A stretch of DNA of 64,000 nt from Candidatus Latescibacterota bacterium (GTDB lineage Bacteria > Latescibacterota > UBA2968 > UBA8231): assembly GCA_965206595.1 (NCBI GenBank), contig OZ242214.1:2560001-2624000 (forward strand), read 5' to 3'. Below, in pieces: positions 50,592 through 60,185 of the stretch. Within the stretch, counting starts at the first letter, position 1; the number at the start of each line of letters is the position of its first letter. Both the position numbers and the translations under genes were made by a program. The notes below the pieces were generated by a model. The model did no database searches and was not told the DNA's origin. It saw nothing but the letters and a program-made list of their open reading frames with translations.

Positions 50592-51976
50592 CCTACTCCG
50601 GCCACCAACCCGGGCGCGCGTCCTCGCGGCGCCGGCGCGGACTCATCGGTGCCGCGGCCATCGCCCTGACCGCGGGCCTGGTCGCCGGTTTCCGGGTGTT
50701 GATGCCGGAAAAATCCGCGCAGGTGGCCTCGTTCCCCGTCGGGCAGGGGGAGTTCCGCATCACCCTGGCGCTCTCCCAAGGCGAGCTCGAAGCGGTGAAC
50801 GCCGAGCAGATCAACGCCCCGCAGGTGCGCGGCCAGCTCAAGATCACCAAGCTGTTCCCCGAGGGGGAAACCGTCGAGATCGGGGATCTCGTCATCGAGT
50901 TCGACAAGGCGGAATTCGTCAAGAGAGTGACCGAGGCGAGCCAGGCGCTGGAGGCGAGCAGAGCGGAGCTCGAGAAGACGATCGCCAACCAGAAGGTCGA
51001 GATCGGGCGCCAGCAGTCGGACATCCTCAACAAGGAGGCGGAGTTCAGACTGACGCAGCTCAAGCTGAAGAAGATGGAATTCGAGTCCCTGATCGACAAA
51101 GAGGAGACCCGGCTCAAGGTCAGGCAGTCCGAGCTCGCCCTCGAGCAGGCGCGCAGGAAATTCGAAGCCCAGCGGATCGTCGACCAAGCCGAGAAAAGGA
51201 AGCAGGAGCTCGACGTCGCCCAGAAGGAACGCGGCCTCGAAAAGGCTGAAAAGGACCTCGGGAGCCTGTCGGTCCTTGCCGACAAGCCGGGGCTCGTGGT
51301 GTACGAGAAGATCTGGAAGGGATCCCGCCCCGAGAAAATCCGCGTCGGCGACGAGCCCTGGGGTGGGGCCACCCTGGTGACGCTTCCGGATCTGACGGCG
51401 ATGCAGGTGAAGACCTGGGTCAACGAAGTCGACGTCGACAAGCTCGAGGTCGGCCAGCAGGCGGCCATCGAGCTCGACGCCCTGCCCGGTCCGACCTTCA
51501 GCGGCTCGATCACCAGCATTGCTTCCCTGGGCCACGAGAAGGAGGGAGACAAGAACGTCAAGGTCTTCGACGTCGTCATCGGCATGGACGGGGAGGACGA
51601 GCGTTTGAAGCCGGGGATGTCAGCCTCCTCGGTGGTGGTGATCGAGACGGTCCCGGAACCGGCCCGGGAGGTGGACTCCCTCGAGGTCAGCCCGCCTCCC
51701 GGGGCGGAGAAGGGGGACGCTGCCCTGCCCCTCTACATCCCGCTCGACGCCGTGTTCCAGAAGGGAGGGGAAACCCTCGTCTACCGGGTGCGGGGCGGAG
51801 ACACCGAGGAGCGCAAGGTCGTTCTGGGGAAGCGCAACGACGACTACGTCATCATCGAGGAGGGCCTGGCTCCCGGGGACCGCGTCGCCCTGCGCGACCC
51901 GACCCTGGTGCTCGAGCACCTCGGCGGCATGCCCGGGGAGGCGGCAGACCCCACCTCGGCCTTGAACGCGGAATAG
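50588..51976 (+). CDS. efflux periplasmic adaptor (MFP/MacA-like) 2
   Basis: Paralog of the previous gene: APQVRG.LKIT, EGETVEIGD, LPDL, LKPGMSA. Confidence 0.85.
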   Translation: MTYSGHQPGRASSRRRRGLIGAAAIALTAGLVAGFRVLMPEKSAQVASFPVGQGEFRITLALSQGELEAVNAEQINAPQVRGQLKITKLFPEGETVEIGDLVIEFDKAEFVKRVTEASQALEASRAELEKTIANQKVEIGRQQSDILNKEAEFRLTQLKLKKMEFESLIDKEETRLKVRQSELALEQARRKFEAQRIVDQAEKRKQELDVAQKERGLEKAEKDLGSLSVLADKPGLVVYEKIWKGSRPEKIRVGDEPWGGATLVTLPDLTAMQVKTWVNEVDVDKLEVGQQAAIELDALPGPTFSGSITSIASLGHEKEGDKNVKVFDVVIGMDGEDERLKPGMSASSVVVIETVPEPAREVDSLEVSPPPGAEKGDAALPLYIPLDAVFQKGGETLVYRVRGGDTEERKVVLGKRNDDYVIIEEGLAPGDRVALRDPTLVLEHLGGMPGEAADPTSALNAE

Positions 51977-51992
51977 GCGGCCTCGGGACCCG

Positions 51993-53246
51993 ATGGAGCT
52001 GCGGGAAACCATAGGGCTGTCCGTAGCCGGACTCGCCGCCCACAAGCTGCGCACCTGCCTGACCATGCTGGGGATCATCTTCGGCGTCGCCGCGGTCATC
52101 TCCATGCTGTCGATCGGCGAGGGCGCCAGGCAGGAGGCCCTCAGCCAGATCCGGCAGATGGGGATCGACAACATCATCGTCCAGCACTGGAACCCCGAAA
52201 GCGACGGGGAAGGGGAAGAGGGGGAAGCCCGGGGAGGACAGAACCTCTCCCGGGGTCTGAGCCGCCAGGACGGGGAAGCGCTCGCCGAGATCTGCCCGCT
52301 TGCGGAGATCGTCGCGCCCCTCAGGGAAATCAAGGTAAAAGCCCGGGCAGGCGGCACTTCGTTCCAGACCATGCTGGTCGGGACCACTCCCGAGTACATC
52401 GACGTCCTCGACGCGCGCCTGGGCCAGGGCGTCTATCTCGGCGACGAGGACCTGGAGCAGGCCCGGAGGGTCTGCGTCCTCGGCAGCGACGCCAAGCGCG
52501 CCTTGTTCTTTTTCGAGGACCCTCTCGGCAGGCAGGTCAAGCTGCACGATCAGTGGTTCACCGTGGTCGGGGTACTCGAGGACAAAGGGGCGGCCAGCGG
52601 CAAGGTCGGGGGCGTGCTCGAGGTGAGAAACACCGACGAGGACATCTACGTGCCGCTGACCACCTTGCTCAAGCGGTTCAAGTGGGAGGCCGACGAAGCC
52701 GAGCTCACCCAGATCACGATCAAGGTGCCCGGGTCGGAAAAGCTGCAGGAAGCGGCCAACATCGTCCGCTCGATCCTGCGCCGGCGGCACCGGGGAGTCG
52801 ACGACTTCAAGATCGCCATCCCCGAGGAGCTGCTGCGCCACAGCCAGAGCACGCAGCGGATTTTCAACATCGTCATGGGCTGCATCGCCGGCATCTCCCT
52901 GGTCGTCGGCGGCATCGGCATCATGAACATCATGCTCGCCTCCGTGCTCGAGCGGACGCGGGAGATCGGCATCCGCCGCGCCCTGGGAGCCCGCCGCAGG
53001 GACGTGATGGCCCAGTTTCTCGTCGAGGCGGTCGCCGTCAGCCTGATCGGCGGCTTGCTCGGCGTGCTTCTGGGGTATTCCCTCACCAAGCTCATCACCC
53101 TGTACGCACATTGGAAGACCATCGTTTATTTCTGGACCATCGCCCTCTCCTTCGGGGTCGCGGCCGGGGTCGGAATCACCTTCGGATACTACCCGGCGCG
53201 CCAGGCGGCGCTGCTCAACCCGATAGACGCCCTGCGCTATGAGTGA
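51993..53246 (+). CDS. MacB/FtsX family ABC permease
   Basis: KLRT.LTMLGIIFGVAAVI, ISLVVGGIGIMNIM...ERTREIGIRRALGA, PI.ALRYE. Confidence 0.93.
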   Translation: MELRETIGLSVAGLAAHKLRTCLTMLGIIFGVAAVISMLSIGEGARQEALSQIRQMGIDNIIVQHWNPESDGEGEEGEARGGQNLSRGLSRQDGEALAEICPLAEIVAPLREIKVKARAGGTSFQTMLVGTTPEYIDVLDARLGQGVYLGDEDLEQARRVCVLGSDAKRALFFFEDPLGRQVKLHDQWFTVVGVLEDKGAASGKVGGVLEVRNTDEDIYVPLTTLLKRFKWEADEAELTQITIKVPGSEKLQEAANIVRSILRRRHRGVDDFKIAIPEELLRHSQSTQRIFNIVMGCIAGISLVVGGIGIMNIMLASVLERTREIGIRRALGARRRDVMAQFLVEAVAVSLIGGLLGVLLGYSLTKLITLYAHWKTIVYFWTIALSFGVAAGVGITFGYYPARQAALLNPIDALRYE

Positions 53247-53694
53247 CGAGCGGGCGGCCCCCGGAGGCGCGCCGGACCGGGGCTGCGACGGGAAGAGCGG
53301 CCTTAAACCGGGCCGCCGGCTGGGCAGGCAGGTGCTGATCGACCTCTACGAGTGTCCGCGCGAGGTTCTCGACGACGAGAAGCTGATCGCCACGAGCATG
53401 ATTGCCGCCGCCCGGGAAGCGGGCGCCGCGGTCGTCGATTCGACCTTTCACCGCTTCTCTCCCTGCGGGGTATCCGGGGTTGTGGCGATTCGCGAGAGCC
53501 ACCTGGCGATTCACACCTGGCCGGAATACGGGTACGCGGCGATCGATCTGTTCACGTGCGGGGACGGGGTCGACCCGTGGATCGCCCACGACGCCCTGAA
53601 GCGGGCCCTGGGCGCCGGCCGCGGCGAGGCCATCGAACTGCCGCGGCCGGGGGCGAACGGAGGCTGGACGGGAGAAGAGGTGACGTCGAAGTAA
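53239..53694 (+). CDS. speD: S-adenosylmethionine decarboxylase proenzyme (pyruvoyl type)
   Basis: FH.F.P.GVSG, ESHLAIHTWPE, D.FTCG. Confidence 0.85.
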   Translation: MSDERAAPGGAPDRGCDGKSGLKPGRRLGRQVLIDLYECPREVLDDEKLIATSMIAAAREAGAAVVDSTFHRFSPCGVSGVVAIRESHLAIHTWPEYGYAAIDLFTCGDGVDPWIAHDALKRALGAGRGEAIELPRPGANGGWTGEEVTSK

Positions 53695-53761
53695 AGATGG
53701 GACCGCCTGTGCCAGTGGCCCTGCCCCGGTCGCAACCGGGGAGCCGGCCGCGAAGGGGGAG

Positions 53762-54706
53762 CTACTGGCGGTCCTGGTGGAGCTCCTGCAGGTGCACCTG
53801 CAGGTGGTCGCGAAAAGCCTCGATGCGCTCCTGGACCACGGCTGACATCTCCTTCAGCTCCTGCCGCCGGGCGTGCAGCTTGTGCAGCTCGAACACGAAG
53901 TCCCACGGCGCGACCACGGCGACCACGCCCTTCCGGGAATCGGTCCGGGACGGCTGTCCCCCATCCCCGGCGAAGTTCACGGCAGCGCTCCCCTGGCCAG
54001 GTGATTCCGGCGAAGCACCGGCAGACGCCTCCTCAATGACTCCCTCATGTAGACTGAACTGGCGCGCCAGCGACCACACCTTGCGGCCCTTGTCTTCGAG
54101 CCACCGGATTCGCTTCTCGAGCTGGCGGGCCTCCTCCCCCAGCAGGCTGGCGCGGTCCTCCAGCAGGGCGAGCTTCTGCCGGATCTCGTCCGGTCCGTCG
54201 CTGGCGGCGACGGTCATGTCGACGGGATAGCGACCCAGCTCCGGCTCGATGACGTCGTAGCCCAGCTTCTGGCGCTCCTCCCACAGGATCATCATCTGCA
54301 TCAGAAGCCCCCGGTCCAGGACTTTCGACAGCGCTCCGAGGAGGCGGCTGATCTCCCAGTCGCAGGCGAGGCGCAGGCGCTCGCGAAGGGAATCCTCGGC
54401 CGCGCTCAGCTGTTCGATGCGCTGGTCGGCGTCGACGAGCCCGCGCTCGATTGCCATTGCCTGGAGAAACGCCATACGCATCTCCCCCGATTCGGGGGCT
54501 ACCCGCTTCAGGCTGTCGATGACGGCCGAGAGGTTGCCGGCGGTGCGGGCGAGTTGGTGCCGCGACTTGTGCATCGACTCCTGGATCACCCCGAGGTTCT
54601 CCCGCTCCAGCCTCAGGGCTTTGAGATCCCAGGCCTCGGTCTCCTCGCCGAGAGCCGGCGCACCCAGGAACGCCACCGCGACCCCGAGCAGTTTACGCCA
54701 TGCCAT
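53762..54706 (-). CDS. exported coiled-coil hypothetical protein
   Basis: Signal-peptide-like MAWRKLLGVAVAFLGAPALG; heptad-rich; overlaps the regulator stop. Confidence 0.65.
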   Translation of the reverse strand: MAWRKLLGVAVAFLGAPALGEETEAWDLKALRLERENLGVIQESMHKSRHQLARTAGNLSAVIDSLKRVAPESGEMRMAFLQAMAIERGLVDADQRIEQLSAAEDSLRERLRLACDWEISRLLGALSKVLDRGLLMQMMILWEERQKLGYDVIEPELGRYPVDMTVAASDGPDEIRQKLALLEDRASLLGEEARQLEKRIRWLEDKGRKVWSLARQFSLHEGVIEEASAGASPESPGQGSAAVNFAGDGGQPSRTDSRKGVVAVVAPWDFVFELHKLHARRQELKEMSAVVQERIEAFRDHLQVHLQELHQDRQ

Positions 54707-56075
54707 ACTTTTCCAGCTTGTAATAGAGAGCACTCGTTTTCACCCCCAGCAGCTCCGCCGCCTGGGTCTTGACGCCGTTCGCTTCCTCCATCGCCCGGCA
54801 GATCAGGTCTCTCTCGAGCGATTCCAGCTGATCGTTGAGGGCGAGCTTGCTCGCCGGGATCGGATCCGAATCCCCGTCCAGCTCGCCAGCCCCCTCGGCC
54901 AGCGGCAGATCGCCGGGCCCGATCTCCTCGCCGTCGACGAGGACCACGGTGCGCTCGATGACGTTCTCCAGCTCGCGCACGTTGCCGGGCCACGGATAGC
55001 GGCAGAGGAACTCGACGGCAGCCCCTGACAGACGCCTGAGGGACAGGTTCATTTCCCGGCATTTTTTGCGCAGGAAGTGATCGACCAGCAGGGGGATGTC
55101 GTCGCGGCGCTCCCTGAGCGGGGCCAGGTGCAGGGGAATCACCTCGAGCCGGTAAAACAAGTCGTCGCGGAAGCTGCCGTCCGCAACCTTCTCCTTGAGG
55201 GCCCGGTTGGTCGCGGCGACGACGCGCACGTCGGCGCTCAGGGTGCGCTCCCCCCCGACGCGGTCGAACTCCTTCTCCTGCAGGACACGCAGCAGGTTCA
55301 CCTGTGTTTCGAGGGGAATGTCACCGATCTCGTCGAGGAAAATGGTGCCGCCGGAGGCGAGCTCGAACTTCCCCTTCTTCATCCTTATGGCGCCCGAGAA
55401 CGCCCCCTTCTCGTGTCCGAACAGCTCGCTCTCGACCAGGCCCCCCGGCAGGGCGCCGCAGTTGACCTTGACGAAGGGGCCGGAGCTGCGGGCGCTGCGG
55501 TTGTGGATCGCCCGCGCCACCAACTCCTTCCCGGTCCCGCTCTCCCCGTAAATCAACACGGAGGAGTCGGTGGCGGCCACCCTTTCCACCCTCGCAAGGA
55601 CCTGGGCGATATGCCGAGACCGCCCGACGATTTCGCCGTAGCGATCCTCGATCTCCTCGCGCAGGTACTCGTTCTCTTCGTCCAGGCGATCCCGCTCCCA
55701 TCGAGCCCGTCGATGCTCGAGGACCTTGGAGACCTTGATCGGCAGCACCTCGTATGTGCGGTCTCCCTTTACCACGAAGTCGGAGGCCCCTTTTTGCATG
55801 GCATTTACTGCCACCTCGATATCGCCGAAAGCGGTGATGATCACGACGTCGGTGTCGCCGAAGTCCCTCCTGATCGCCTCGAGGAGCTGCAGCCCGTCCA
55901 TTTCCGCCATCTTGTAGTCGGTAATCACCAGGTCGACGCCCCCATGGCGCGCCAGTATGGACAGGGCCTCGACCCCGCTGGCGGCCGTGAACGCCTCGTA
56001 CCCCATGCGCTTCATCACGAGGGCAATGCCCGAACGCATGGTTTCGTTGTCGTCGACGATCAGTATCCGGCTCAT
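54693..56075 (-). CDS. sigma54-dependent response regulator (NtrC family)
   Basis: Receiver ILIVDD/TDYKM, GESGTGKE, ESELFGHEKGAFSGA, FLDEIG, WPGNVREL, Fis-type HTH. Confidence 0.95.
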   Translation of the reverse strand: MSRILIVDDNETMRSGIALVMKRMGYEAFTAASGVEALSILARHGGVDLVITDYKMAEMDGLQLLEAIRRDFGDTDVVIITAFGDIEVAVNAMQKGASDFVVKGDRTYEVLPIKVSKVLEHRRARWERDRLDEENEYLREEIEDRYGEIVGRSRHIAQVLARVERVAATDSSVLIYGESGTGKELVARAIHNRSARSSGPFVKVNCGALPGGLVESELFGHEKGAFSGAIRMKKGKFELASGGTIFLDEIGDIPLETQVNLLRVLQEKEFDRVGGERTLSADVRVVAATNRALKEKVADGSFRDDLFYRLEVIPLHLAPLRERRDDIPLLVDHFLRKKCREMNLSLRRLSGAAVEFLCRYPWPGNVRELENVIERTVVLVDGEEIGPGDLPLAEGAGELDGDSDPIPASKLALNDQLESLERDLICRAMEEANGVKTQAAELLGVKTSALYYKLEKYGMA

Positions 56076-57613
56076 GCCTGCACCCGTTGGCTCGCCGCGG
56101 CGCTCCTCGCAGCGGGCAGGTGGAGGGTGACCGTGGTGCCCTTGCGGGGCTCGCTGGCGATGTCGATGCGGCCGCGGTTCTTCTCGACCGCCTGGTGGAC
56201 GATCGCCAATCCCAGGCCGGACCCCTTCTCCCTGGTCGTGAAGAAAGGCTCGAACAGGCGCGCCTGAACGTGGCGGGGGATACCCGGACCGGTGTCCTCG
56301 ATTTCGACGGCGACCCCCGCCCCGCTCGGTTCGGCGCGCACCGACAACCGCCCTCCCGTTCCCGCCATGGCTTGCAGGCCGTTCTTCATCAGGTTGACGA
56401 GGGCCCTCTTGATCTGCTCGGGATCGGCGAAGATGACGAGATCCGGGGAGACTTGCTGATGATACTCGACAGCGGCGCCTTCCATCTCCGGCGACAGCAG
56501 GAAGGCGGCGTCTTCCACAAGCCGGGCAACGGAGATGCCCTCCGGTTCGGGCGGAGCCTGGCGCGCGAAGGCGAGGAACTCGGCGATCACCCTGTCGAGG
56601 TTCCTGACTTCGGCGATCACCTTGCGGATGTGCTCCTTGCGGGAGTCCCCCTCCGGCAGGTCGTCGGCAATCAGGCCGGCGTAGATCTCGATGCCGCCAA
56701 GCGGGTTGCGGATTTCGTGAGCGACCCCACTGAGCATCTGGCGCAGCTGTGCGTCCCTGGCCAGCAGCTTGAGGCGCATCTCCTCCATCGTCACCTCGAG
56801 GTAGCTGATTTCGTCGCGCCCCGAGGTGTCTACGGCACTCTCCAGGTTGCCGCGCCCGATCTCGCGCGCCGCAGTGACCAGCCGCTGGATCGGCCGCGTC
56901 AGGGTCCGGGCCAGGGCCAGCGCCACCACCAGGGTCAGCAGCGCGCTCAGGCCGGCGAACAGGTAGACAGACTGCTTGAAGCGCTGGATCGCCTTGCTGT
57001 AGCCCGATCCGATGTCGACGGCGACTCCGGCCACCACCTTGCCGCTGTCGTTGAACACCGGGGCGTACCCGGTCATGTAGTCGAGCCCTGCTTCATCTGT
57101 GAAAAGAATGGTGTGAGTCGCCTCCCCTTCCCAGAGTCTCTCCATCTCCATGCGGTCGCGGTACTTCAGCCGGGGGTACTCCCGGCCTATGGCGATGCCC
57201 GGCTCGGTGTCGAGCAGGCTGTGGCCGTCGCGGTCGAAAACGTAGATCCTGCGCGCCCCGACCATCTCCTGGGCGCGGCGCAGCCGGTTCGTCGAGTTGC
57301 GGTAGAAACGATAGGTCTCGTACCCAGGGCGCAGCACGACGATGATGTCGCCGCTGATCCCCGAGGCGATCAGCCCGACCTCGGACATGAGGTGGTTCCC
57401 CATCTGCCGCTCGAGGCTGTCGAGGGTTCGCTCGTACAGGACCCAGCCGCTGCCGACGACGACGAGCGCAACCAGGAGCACGAAGCTGATGACGAGACGC
57501 CGTTCGATGCGCCCGCGGCGGACGCCCCTTCTGCTTCTCCCGGCCGCAGACAGGGCTTCCCCGAGGCGATCATCCGCCCGGAGTCTGGAGGCTGGAAGAG
57601 CGGGAGAGGTCAT
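56072..57613 (-). CDS. membrane sensor histidine kinase with HAMP domain
   Basis: Two TM segments, periplasmic Cache-like region, VAHEIRNPL, N box, DTGPGI, FFTTR..GSGLGL. Confidence 0.93.
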   Translation of the reverse strand: MTSPALPASRLRADDRLGEALSAAGRSRRGVRRGRIERRLVISFVLLVALVVVGSGWVLYERTLDSLERQMGNHLMSEVGLIASGISGDIIVVLRPGYETYRFYRNSTNRLRRAQEMVGARRIYVFDRDGHSLLDTEPGIAIGREYPRLKYRDRMEMERLWEGEATHTILFTDEAGLDYMTGYAPVFNDSGKVVAGVAVDIGSGYSKAIQRFKQSVYLFAGLSALLTLVVALALARTLTRPIQRLVTAAREIGRGNLESAVDTSGRDEISYLEVTMEEMRLKLLARDAQLRQMLSGVAHEIRNPLGGIEIYAGLIADDLPEGDSRKEHIRKVIAEVRNLDRVIAEFLAFARQAPPEPEGISVARLVEDAAFLLSPEMEGAAVEYHQQVSPDLVIFADPEQIKRALVNLMKNGLQAMAGTGGRLSVRAEPSGAGVAVEIEDTGPGIPRHVQARLFEPFFTTREKGSGLGLAIVHQAVEKNRGRIDIASEPRKGTTVTLHLPAARSAAASQRVQA

Positions 57614-57616
57614 TCG

Positions 57617-58555
57617 TCAGACGGCGCCGGACGCCGGCTCCCCTCCGCCGCACGCTTCCTGCTCCCAGGCCTCCCAGTAGCTGCGCATCCGGCGGCAGAA
57701 GGCCCCCGGTTTCTCGGCGTAGATCCTGCGGGCGAGCCGCATCGACCCGATTTGCAGGCATTGCCGGCGCTCGGCGATGGCCCGGTCGAGCTCGGCCAGG
57801 GTGCGCGGGTCTTCCGTGTCGGCAAACCGCTCCCTGAGAGCAGCTGACAGGACGGAGAGGTCGTGATCGTTTCCCAGCATGTCGCCGAGGGCGTCGGCCT
57901 GGGCAATGGCGGTACTCATCTGCTCCGGCCAGATCGATCCCAGGATCTGTTGGTGGTACCAGAGGTACTTGACCCGCTTGCGCCAGTCGTGGAGACCCTC
58001 GTCGGTGGGCAGGCTGGCCGCGGCGCCGAACTCGGCGCCGCCCTGCTCGTAGATGCGCCGGAGGCCGGCTTCCAGCCCCCTCCAGCCGTCGCGGAGAGGC
58101 CATTCCGCGGCGCGGCCGTCCGCTTGCTCGAGCTCCTCGACCGCGGCCTCGACCGCAAAAGGGGTCACGCCCCCGGATCGATGGGCGAGCTCGCGGCCCT
58201 CGATCAGGCGGGAGCGAACGGCGCCGAAGCGGTCGGGAGGAAGCCGCTTCCCCAGCCAGGCCGTGAGGGCGTCGAACGTCTCCACCAGAGCCGCGGCATC
58301 CCGCAGCGCCGAAAGCTTCGCCGCGACCCCGCGGTAGCAGGCGTTCTCGCGACGGTACGTCTCCTTCCCCAGCTCGGTCCGCACCAGGCGGACCAGGGCG
58401 CGCAGACGTTTCATGCACTTGCGGGCATCGTGAATCTGCTCGTCGCGCGAACCAGTACGGCTCCGCAGGTGGGCGACCGCGGCCTGAAGCTGCTCGCGAG
58501 CGATTCTGCGCACCCCGGCAGGAACTTCCTCGCCGCGGATCAGTCGGTAGGCCAT
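57617..58555 (-). CDS. CHAD domain protein (polyphosphate-binding family)
   Basis: IHDARK.MKRLRA, LS.LRD, LHDWRKRVK.L.Y, LG.DHDL. Confidence 0.88.
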   Translation of the reverse strand: MAYRLIRGEEVPAGVRRIAREQLQAAVAHLRSRTGSRDEQIHDARKCMKRLRALVRLVRTELGKETYRRENACYRGVAAKLSALRDAAALVETFDALTAWLGKRLPPDRFGAVRSRLIEGRELAHRSGGVTPFAVEAAVEELEQADGRAAEWPLRDGWRGLEAGLRRIYEQGGAEFGAAASLPTDEGLHDWRKRVKYLWYHQQILGSIWPEQMSTAIAQADALGDMLGNDHDLSVLSAALRERFADTEDPRTLAELDRAIAERRQCLQIGSMRLARRIYAEKPGAFCRRMRSYWEAWEQEACGGGEPASGAV

Positions 58556-58959
58556 CTCGATTTGGGCATTGAAACCATGCTGTCCGGATTTTGGGAAGTT
58601 ACTCACCGCGAACCTGAATGTCCACCCTAAGGTATAGTACTTACTGATACTTCCATTCATCGCCCCCGGTTCCCGGAGAACCGTGGCGGCCGCACCACCC
58701 GACCCCTTGCCTGCTTAGCGTAACTCCCTCTATTTCCATATACTTGAGACAGGTTTGCCGGTGGGGCTGCCCGCTTCGGAGGTTCCCTGCCGCGGCGTTG
58801 CCCCGCCCGCGGTCCCCACGGTTTCAACTTTCGATCCGAAGCCGTCAGGCATGTCGGATTGGAGTCCCCCCGTGGATACCGGACCCTTACCTGTTCAGCC
58901 GCGCGGGAATCAGCAGCCGGTGAGCCGTGATCTTCCCCGGATGGAGCCTGCCCTTTCAG

Positions 58960-60024
58960 ATGAACATCGCCACCGTCATCGGCGCCCGGCCGCAGTTCGT
59001 GAAGGCCGCCGCGGTTTCCCGCCTTCTCGCCGCCCGGGCCGGCCACCGCGAGCTGCTCATCCACACCGGCCAGCATTACGACAGGGAGATGTCGGCGATC
59101 TTCTTCTCCGAACTCGGAATTCCCGAGCCGGCCTGCAACCTCGGCATCGGCTCCGGCCTCCACGGGGATCAGACCGGCCGCATGATGATCGCCCTCGAGC
59201 CGGTGTTGCTTGAGGAACAGCCCGACCTGCTGCTGGTCTACGGCGACACGAACTCGACCCTGGCCGGCGCCTTGACCGCGGCCAAGCTGCACATCCCCGT
59301 CGCCCACGTCGAGGCGGGTCTGAGAAGCTTCAACCGACGCATGCCGGAGGAGATCAACCGCGAGTTGACCGACCGGCTTTCCCGCTGGCTTTTCTGCCCG
59401 ACTCCGGCGGCCGTGAGCAATCTCGCCAACGAGGGAATTCGCCAGGGCGTCTTCCATACCGGGGACGTGATGTTCGACGTCCACCTGCTGTTCGCCGACC
59501 TGGCGGAGACGCGCTCCACCGTGCTCGCCGATCAGGGCCTGCACCCGGAGGAGTATTTCCTGGCGACCCTTCACCGGGCGGAAAACACCGACTTCCCCGA
59601 ACGCCTGCGGGGGATCTTCGCCGCCCTGGGGGATCTCGGCCGTCCCGTGTTTCTGCCCCTGCACCCGCGTACGCGCAAGGCGGTCGAGGAGCTGGGGCTG
59701 GAGGTCGCTCCCTCGATCCGCCTGGCGAACCCGGTCTCCTACCTCGACATGGTGCTGCTGCAGAAAAAGGCCCGGGCGGTTCTCACCGACTCCGGGGGCA
59801 TGCAGAAGGAGGCCTGGTTCTGCCGCACCCCCTGCGTGACCCTGCGCGACGAAACCGAGTGGACGGAGACGGTCCAAGCCGGGTGGAACCGCCTGGCGGG
59901 CGCCGACAGGGAGGCGATTCTCGACGCGGTCGACGGCTTCGAGCGCCAGGCCCCGAGGGGGACCATCGACGCCTACGGCGACGGCACCTCGGCGGGAACC
60001 ATTATCGACATTCTGACATCCTGA
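58960..60024 (+). CDS. wecB: UDP-N-acetylglucosamine 2-epimerase (non-hydrolysing)
   Basis: GARPQFVK, HTGQHYD, YGDTNST, HVEAGLRS, MPEEINR, TDSGG.QKEA. Confidence 0.93.
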   Translation: MNIATVIGARPQFVKAAAVSRLLAARAGHRELLIHTGQHYDREMSAIFFSELGIPEPACNLGIGSGLHGDQTGRMMIALEPVLLEEQPDLLLVYGDTNSTLAGALTAAKLHIPVAHVEAGLRSFNRRMPEEINRELTDRLSRWLFCPTPAAVSNLANEGIRQGVFHTGDVMFDVHLLFADLAETRSTVLADQGLHPEEYFLATLHRAENTDFPERLRGIFAALGDLGRPVFLPLHPRTRKAVEELGLEVAPSIRLANPVSYLDMVLLQKKARAVLTDSGGMQKEAWFCRTPCVTLRDETEWTETVQAGWNRLAGADREAILDAVDGFERQAPRGTIDAYGDGTSAGTIIDILTS

Positions 60025-60185
60025 GTGTCCCCCAGTGTCCTGTCCCGGAAACGGATTGCCGCGGTTCGGCCCCCGAGGCCGGTTCCCGTGGGCATGGGCG
60101 AGGAGTACCGGGGGTGTACGGGGAACGAAGGCAACGCGGCGATCCGGATGAATCGGCGGAAGAATTGACTGGACAGGAGCAGTAG

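Noticed and set aside
60038-60178. 8-bp inverted repeat TCCTGTCC/GGACAGGA bracketing the intergenic region after wecB
   Set aside because: Too short, overlaps the RBS, and has no second copy in the window
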